In this document: positions 61,300-62,000 of the stretch, piece by piece
Position numbering within the stretch: position 1 is the first letter of the stretch
Layout of the letters: every line of letters starts with the position of its first letter
Source of the DNA: Chiloscyllium plagiosum
Taxonomy: Eukaryota
Length of the DNA stretch: 62,000 bases
NCBI RefSeq assembly: GCF_004010195.1
Contig: NC_057719.1
Location: 82,469,417-82,531,416 of the forward strand
Direction: 5' to 3'
Program-made: the position numbers and the translations under genes
Notes under the pieces: model-generated
The model's database searches: none
What the model saw: only the letters and a program-made list of their open reading frames with translations
Told to the model about the DNA's origin: nothing

Positions 61300-61820
61300 C
61301 TGCTATCCTAATTTAGTTCAGCTAGCTTGATTTTCATTATTTAAGTTTAAAGTACTAGTCTTAGACCCACTTTTATCCTGTCATATTGCACAACACCAAA
61401 TTTAGTAGAACCTGCTGTCTGGTTGGTTTCAGATTATACAATTCTAAGAAGCTGTCTCAATAGCATTCCGTGACCACCTCATCAAAGTATATTGACAATC
61501 TGATTTTTCAGTTCATGTAATGATTAAATCATCCATGATTAGTGTTGTCCCTTGATCATAATCATCAATATTTCTTTTTACACACTTCATCCTACGTTGT
61601 GGTTACTGTATAGAGTCCAAGGAGCATCCCTACCAGTGACTTCTTTCCTCTACTGTTATTCATCTCCACCCAAACTGATTCTACATTTTGTTCTCCTAAA
61701 CCAAGCCTTGCCCTTCAACTTTATTTAGTTTCCTATTCATTTTGAATGTCTCCTATTCTTCAACATTCAGGACCCAATCCTCCTCATCCTACATCCATAT
61801 CTCCATAATTATCAATCATA
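61300..61820 (-). mobile_element. Decayed CR1 endonuclease-region fragment
   Basis: Resembles 37674-37870 (tatagagtccaaggagcatcc...catctccacccaaactgattc). Confidence 0.45.
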
Positions 61821-62000
61821 TTTATTTACTTCAGACAATCAATTTGCGCACTTGGTTAGAAATACTACATATCCTTAGATATAAAGCCTCTAAGTTTAAC
61901 CTTTTTGTTTTGTTTGTAGCCTAGTCTTGAATTTTGGTGTAGTCTTAGGATTTTCCTTTGTGTTCTTCCCTGCAATTCATTAATCTTCATTTCCCAAATT

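Overview
Eukaryotic vertebrate DNA, almost certainly a shark. This is inferred from many HE1-type tRNA-derived SINEs with (TAATC)n tails plus CR1, Penelope, RTE and Tx1 retroelements. The one host gene I can support is MGA (MAX gene-associated protein) on the + strand. It has a CpG-island promoter at ~18.7-20.5 kb, an intronless T-box exon (CDS 28198-29300) and ten further phase-compatible coding exons to 58364 (~1341 codons), and it continues beyond the window (no bHLH-Zip seen). Bases 1-18 kb are nested transposon debris: Gypsy gag/protease and integrase relics, a Tx1 LINE with a 10-bp TSD, Penelope, RTE, CR1 and SINEs. A 500-N gap lies in intron 2. The most unusual signal is a recurring set of short Penelope-derived, often fold-back mini-elements from at least three sequence families carrying minimal hammerhead-ribozyme cores (CUGANGA-stem II-GAAA-palindromic loop III). 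Two retain intact cores (10981-11016 and 44265-44300, both minus strand).
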